This document shows positions 49,282 through 54,925 of a DNA stretch of 54,925 bases, in pieces. Both the position numbers and the translations under genes were made by a program. The stretch spans positions 377,112 through 432,036 of the forward strand of contig BFEA01000007.1 in the NCBI GenBank assembly GCA_003427395.1, in the 5' to 3' direction. Under the pieces are notes generated by a model that searched no databases, had not been told where the DNA came from, and saw nothing but the letters and a program-made list of their open reading frames with translations. The number at the start of each line of letters is the position of its first letter. Position 1 is the first letter of the stretch. This stretch comes from Chara braunii. Taxonomy: Eukaryota; Plantae; Charophyceae.

Positions 49282-52200
49282 ATGGCTGGCTCCGACTTTT
49301 GAGACTGGCGCCGAGATGATTACCGTGATCGGCATGTCGATCGCCAGGGCGAGGGTATTTCAGATGGAGGACGAGATCGTGGTCGTGAGTTTCGCCGTGA
49401 ACGATCAGCTGACCCGGGGAGTTCTAGCCAGTACGAGAGGGGGAGAGAAGCCCCGAGACGCTTTGTACCAACCTGTTATGAATGCGGTGAGCCGGGGCAC
49501 TATCGTAATCAGTGCCCAAGATTGACTGGTGAAGGGGCGTCGAGGCAAGGAGGACAGCGGGGGCGATCGCTATCACCACGACATCAAGGACGTGTGCACG
49601 AGCAGCGTGCAATATCAGAAGACCCGGCTCTTCGGCGACAAATTGAGACACTTGCTGGCTCTATGGCAGCGATGAAGGAGCATTTTGATACAGAGAACTC
49701 GAAGAGAGAGGAGAAAGCAACGTAGTATCATGAAGAAAGAGAAGAAACTATGTAAGGAAGAACTGGAGCGGGAGCAATTCAGGAAAGAGATGATGAAGCT
49801 GATCTCTCTGCACATGGGCGGCCTGCGTGAAGAATGACAGCACAAGTTCGACCGTAAGAAAGGCCCGGACAAAGGCAAGAAGAAGGCGGAAGATTACTCG
49901 TCAGGCGAAGCGTCGTACGAATCTGAAGATAGCGATATTGAAGCATTGAGCAATAAAGCGGAGCAGCTCGTCATTTCGGAGAAACGGAAGAGGACTGCTG
50001 ATGTACTTGTGGGCGATAGCCCACCGATGGAAACGCTTGCTAAACGTACCGTCAAACGACATCTGCATCTGAGTTCATGACACCCACCTTTGAAGAAGTC
50101 TCCCCGAAGAAGGATGCCATTCAAGACTACTTCAAAGAAGAAGAAGATTTCGGCCCCGCCAGGGTCATGCGGCAAGCTTAGATACGTGACAGACAACCTT
50201 CGGGAGCTCGGCTTGCTCAACATGGATGACTTGAGACGTATTTGCCAGGACGAAGATGTACCATTCGAAGGGCGGAAGATGCAAACCATCCTCGCTATCG
50301 CGGAGAAGCGTTCGATGGTGGCATATGGCTCCAACGGAGAGGAGGAGGCCGTTGGACAAGAAGAATCATGTGCGGAGGCACATCCAGAAGATGACGAAGA
50401 AGCTGGCAAGGATGACAGTGATGCATGAAGCACTGGTGATCTTTGGACTTTATGTCGTTTTCTGATTGATGTACGTAGGCAGGGAGTTGTCGACTGCACT
50501 GTTGAGACGTTGTATCAATTAGTGGTCATCGCTTTGACTTTATGAAATCAAATCAGTTGGCTGCGCAAGTGCACTGAATCATGGTTCAACATTTACCAAC
50601 AACAGGGGTTTCGCGGCATTACCGAGGCTTCTAACTGCGTGTATGTATTAGCTTCACCGATGTGTCGCGCGATGTATGTGGGCCAAACGAGCAGGGAGGG
50701 AAAAACTAGATGGAGGGAACACGTCTCCGTTTGTAATAGAAGCAAAAAACAGAACCACCTATACAGATGGTGGCGAGTTTTTGGGGTGGAAACGTATGTC
50801 CTCCTGCCTGTTGACTGTTGCCGAGGTGGAGATCTACTCTTGTTGGAACAAACTTTCATTAGACAATGGTCTCCGATTTTGAATACATCAGGGAAGGCTA
50901 GGCTGAAGAAATGTAACAAGCATGCACGGAAAGGGAAGCGGGAAAGGCATCGGACTACCATCGGAAAGGCGAGTGGGGACCAGCATAGTGCCGTGATACC
51001 GGTGAAAGCACGAGTGTGTAGCAATGATGAATGGTGTGTTGACCTTTATCGGTTGTTGGCAGCCCAAGATCAGGTCAATCGGAAGCAGTTCACCCTGTAC
51101 ACATGTACCGGAAGCTGCTGGTGTAAAGGGTGGAAATCGGTGCGTAGCGCGTTCGGCTTGACTATCGTCAAGGTGAACGACGTACGAATGAAGCTAAGTG
51201 AATGCAAGCGGTTCATTGAGTGCGGTGAAGTGATCCAAGTATGCCATCTACGGCGATGGAAACCGAAGTCGGGACCTGACAAGAAGTTTCTCGTCTCCTT
51301 ACTACGCAACCCCCNACGGATTGACTATCTACGGCGATGTAGCCTTGAGGTCTTGACGAGGCTGAATGGGGTTGCCGGTGATTTCCAGNAGCAATCTACT
51401 ACCGCATATTTGAGACGGTTGATTTCACGTACGATTAGGAGTTGTTATGGTTGGAGTATTGGTGCNAAGCTGACTGTGCGTTTGAAGTTTGANGANCGGA
51501 TTAAAGTGGTTGAGGTGAGGAAACTGTTGAATGATGCTGTGCTGAAGTTGGATCTTNCTANCTGTATTGGCAANGCTGCACGAAATAGGATCCGCATTGT
51601 ATGGGTTAAAAACCCGTCTGTGGCGGATCTGCTACACAATCAACGCGAATATGCGCGTTCTGATGTGTTAACCTGTTCTTGTACAGGTCTTCCCTATCCT
51701 CGGATAGGCGGTCACGTGCAGTGCAGACTACAGGAGTTGGATGATGTGCATCCACTGATATGCAATGCTAACAACATACCGAAGTTGAATCATCTGGATA
51801 GAGGGAGGGTTTTGATGAAGGAGGTGTGTGAAGGGTTCGAGTGTGGGGCGAATTTTCGTGGTACGTTACCTACGATCTGTAGGACTGACGTTGACCGGTG
51901 TATGATAGCAAGTATTGATGTTAAGATGAAGTGTTTGGATCTGCGCGTGGTGCGGGATTTGAAGAATCGACTCAATGGTTTAGTTCTGACACCTTTGGAC
52001 TGGAACCCAAGAGAGACTTTGGTTCTTTGCCCAAAGGTGTACTATGAGGCCATGTTGGAGCTCTTTGTACGTAACCTAGTAGTCGACAGGCAAGAAGCTT
52101 TGGTGAAAGCTGAGATGAAGGCGGATGTGACGAGGCTGGGACTGCAAAGTCTTGTCCGTTGGGAGAAGAAAGGGCACTTTGGAGAGGCATATGTGATGCC

Positions 52201-53536
52201 TAAACATAAAGACTTGACGCGATATCGACCTATCTGCCCTACCTTCTCTGAACCCACAGTGAAGACATGCAAAGTCGTAGCAAAGACTCTGAATCACTTG
52301 TTGACTACACTNNNNNNNNNNNNNNNNNNNNNNNNNNNNNNNNNNNNNNNNNNNNNNNNNNNNNNNNNNNNNNNNNNNNNNNNNNNNNNNNNNNNNNNNN
52401 NNNNNNNNNNNNNNNNNNNNNNNNNNNNNNNNNNNNNNNNNNNNNNNNNNNNNNNNNNNNNNNNNNNNNNNNNNNNNNNNNNNNNNNNNNNNNNNNNNNN
52501 NNNNNNNNNNNNNNNNNNNNNNNNNNNNNNNNNNNNNNNNNNNNNNNNNNNNNNNNNNNNNNNNNNNNNNNNNNNNNNNNNNNNNNNNNNNNNNNNNNNN
52601 NNNNNNNNNNNNNNNNNNNNNNNNNNNNNNNNNNNNNNNNNNNNNNNNNNNNNNNNNNNNNNNNNNNNNNNNNNNNNNNNNNNNNNNNNNNNNNNNNNNN
52701 NNNNNNNNNNNNNNNNNNNNNNNNNNNNNNNNNNNNNNNNNNNNNNNNNNNNNNNNNNNNNNNNNNNNNNNNNNNNNNNNNNNNNNNNNNNNNNNNNNNN
52801 NNNNNNNNNNNNNNNNNNNNNNNNNNNNNNNNNNNNNNNNNNNNNNNNNNNNNNNNNNNNNNNNNNNNNNNNNNNNNNNNNNNNNNNNNNNNNNNNNNNN
52901 NNNNNNNNNNNNNNNNNNNNNNNNNNNNNNNNNNNNNNNNNNNNNNNNNNNNNNNNNNNNNNNNNNNNNNNNNNNNNNNNNNNNNNNNNNNNNNNNNNNN
53001 NNNNNNNNNNNNNNNNNNNNNNNNNNNNNNNNNNNNGATGTTACCCACCTCATCTGCAACTGAAGCGCACGCATGATGGGACGGATTCCTGGGATTTTCT
53101 GGGAACTAGAATGTCTGTTAGAACGATCCCACCATACATTGGCTGCTACCAATCCGCTAAGAATGAGTGCACCATTTGGGAAGGAGACAGTTTGGAATTT
53201 AAAGCAGGTCAGTCTTTTCACTCATGGGGCAGTAAGCAGCAAAAAAGTGCTGTCATCTCGAGTCATTTGCACAGAATTGATAAGAATACGAACATCAGAT
53301 CTCATATACCTATGAGAGTGCTGACTCTGAAGCGGACCCGACTTATTGTGAAGGAAGGCACTGTGACCAGCTTTCTAATGTCACAGAATGATGACCCTTT
53401 AGATCCTAGCAAGTTAAGGATTTTTCTGTCTCTTGTATCCGAACTACCCTTGCCTCTAATATGGGTAAGGGAGATGTCATCATTTGATGTTGATAGTTTT
53501 CTCAGAGGATGGGATGTGCTCGTAGCTGACATTTGA
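49282..53536 (+). pseudogene. PLE2 polyprotein (CCHC knuckle, SAP-like motif, GIY-YIG, RT); RT core falls in the N gap
   Basis: CYECGEPGHYRNQC at 49474-49515; LGLLNMDDLRRIC..GRKMQTILAI; CVYVLAS..YVGQTSR..RWREH; PKHKDLTRYRPIC; WDFLG after the gap. Collinear with PLE1. Confidence 0.88.
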
Positions 53537-53761
53537 ATGTCGAACTCAGTAGATGATGGAGTTTGTTTTCTGTCTACAGGGACAGGGCTTTGTTGGTATT
53601 TGTTTAGTGATATGGTTGTCCCTTCGTTAGGGGGATAGGACTTTTGATAGTGCGTGTTTTTATTTTTTTGTCTTGTTTTCTAGTTTTTCTTTTTCTTTTT
53701 CTTCTTTTTCGCTCTGGAATGGATTGTACTCGTGTTTTGTTTTCGGAGATTCGAAGCTGTA

Positions 53762-54425
53762 GCTGCTGGATAGGGCCTCTGATAGTTGCTAGCGTAACTG
53801 TAGTGACTGAGATTTGAACCCGGAGCTGTCGGACAGGGCCGTGGATAGTGCGTTGTTCTAGTTGTAGTACTTTTTGGCCTTGGTTAAGGCTGTGCAGTTT
53901 GACCGCTGCGTTTTTTTTTATCCTTGCAGCTGTTGGATTTTTTTGCTTGCTGTAGTTTTCGTTGTTTCGGAATGTACCTAGCTCGCTTTCGTTTTGAACG
54001 CAGGACCGGGTACCTGTCTTTTCCTATCTGACGTAAGTCCGGGCCTAGTACGTGAGGCTTTGAGATGTCAGACTATATTAGTAATGATTGCGTAGCCTAC
54101 TATCTTTTTGGGTCCTACGCCGTCCGACTTGCGGACTTTATGTCGGAGAAGTCGACCAAGGAGGAGGGTTAGTGGAACGAAGGTGTTTGTCAAGGGATGA
54201 CGTATGGTGGACCTTCCCCCTGAGGAGACCACGTGGCGGCGGTCGAAACCGGTCGGGGTGCCATACCCACCGGCCGGAGCAATCATCGTACTTTGTACCT
54301 TCATTGTGCCTTGTCTACCGAGTGTGTACTTTTGTGCCTCTCAGTGTGCATTGTGTAGACCGACTGTGTACTTGTGTACTTGTGAATGTATGCTTTGCAT
54401 GTATTTCACCATATCTTAGTTAACC
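53762..54425 (+). repeat. PLE2 3' pseudo-LTR
   Basis: Direct repeat of 48269-48932. Confidence 0.95.
54216..54258 (+). ncRNA. Type I minimal hammerhead ribozyme (PLE2 3' pLTR)
   Basis: Identical to 48723-48765. Confidence 0.88.
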
Positions 54426-54651
54426 AGGATGCTGGCCTTCATCTCTTACTGCCATTTCGGCAACGTTCACATTGTTTACTGCAGCTGGCATGATCTCCCG
54501 TATCGACATTAGTGTCTGCCTATGTATCACCCGCGATCGTGACCGCGTGCCATTTTACCGCCCGCGGCGGCCGACCACCCGCGGCTAAGTGCGGGCATGA
54601 AACCCCGAATTTTTTTTCGGGGCCTACAAATAGGCAAATATATATATATAT

Positions 54652-54925
54652 ATCATCACAAATAGAACTGCCCGGTAAACCGTAGGCAGAGAGAGAGAAG
54701 AGGACAATAAACGAGGTATATATATATGATGAGTCGGTGAAACTCCGACGAAACAGTTTGTCACAGCCCCTCGTTTGTTGTCCTCTTCTCTCTCTCTGCC
54801 TACGGTTTACCGGGCAGTTCTGTTTGTGACGATATAGATACATATATATATCGTCACAAACAGAACTGCCCGGTAAACCGTAGGCATAAAGAGAGAAGAG
54901 GACAACAAACGAGGGGTTGTGACAA
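54652..54925. mobile_element. Cluster 3 of family B hammerhead-derived short insertions
   Basis: Copies at 54652-54716(-), 54727-54833(+; begins TGATGAGTCGG..CCGACGAAACAG) and 54850-54925(-), separated by (TA)n. Confidence 0.85.

Larger units (their letters stand above)
48271..54425 (+). mobile_element. Penelope-like retroelement 2 (same architecture as PLE1, distinct family)
   Basis: ~660-bp direct pseudo-LTRs (48269-48932 and 53762-54425, about 7 mismatches by eye). TSD AGGATGCTG(GC) at 48260-48270 and 54426-54436. Confidence 0.93.

Overview
Repeat-saturated eukaryotic nuclear DNA with no convincing host gene. The TE repertoire, microsatellite load and a plant-type mitochondrial ccmFC fragment suggest a streptophyte alga such as Chara (inference). 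Main contents: (1) Two near full-length Penelope-like retroelements (27925-33466 and 48271-54425) of the N-terminal GIY-YIG (Naiad/Chlamys-type) architecture. Each has direct pseudo-LTRs, 8-11 bp TSDs and a minimal type I hammerhead ribozyme in both pseudo-LTRs. Comparing the two copies suggests one long ORF: CCHC knuckle, coiled coil, SAP-like motif, GIY-YIG, RT. A third, divergent PLE RT relic lies at about 8.5-9.5 kb. (2) A type III hammerhead family, present as a ~620-bp three-unit tandem array (38-39.9 kb) and as about 10 short 5'-truncated copies in TA-rich hotspots. (3) An unclassified element family with no RT in the visible part. It encodes a Josephin-like cysteine protease followed by tandem RING-like fingers and has a conserved, probably structured 3' end. 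It occurs as two long copies and several 3'-only stubs. (4) Ty3/gypsy chromovirus and L1/Tx1-type LINE relics, several hAT-type MITEs with 8-bp TSDs, foldback repeats, a NUMT, N gaps and two Nextera mate-pair adapter artefacts. All protein and RNA assignments come from manual motif reading; no database searches were run.
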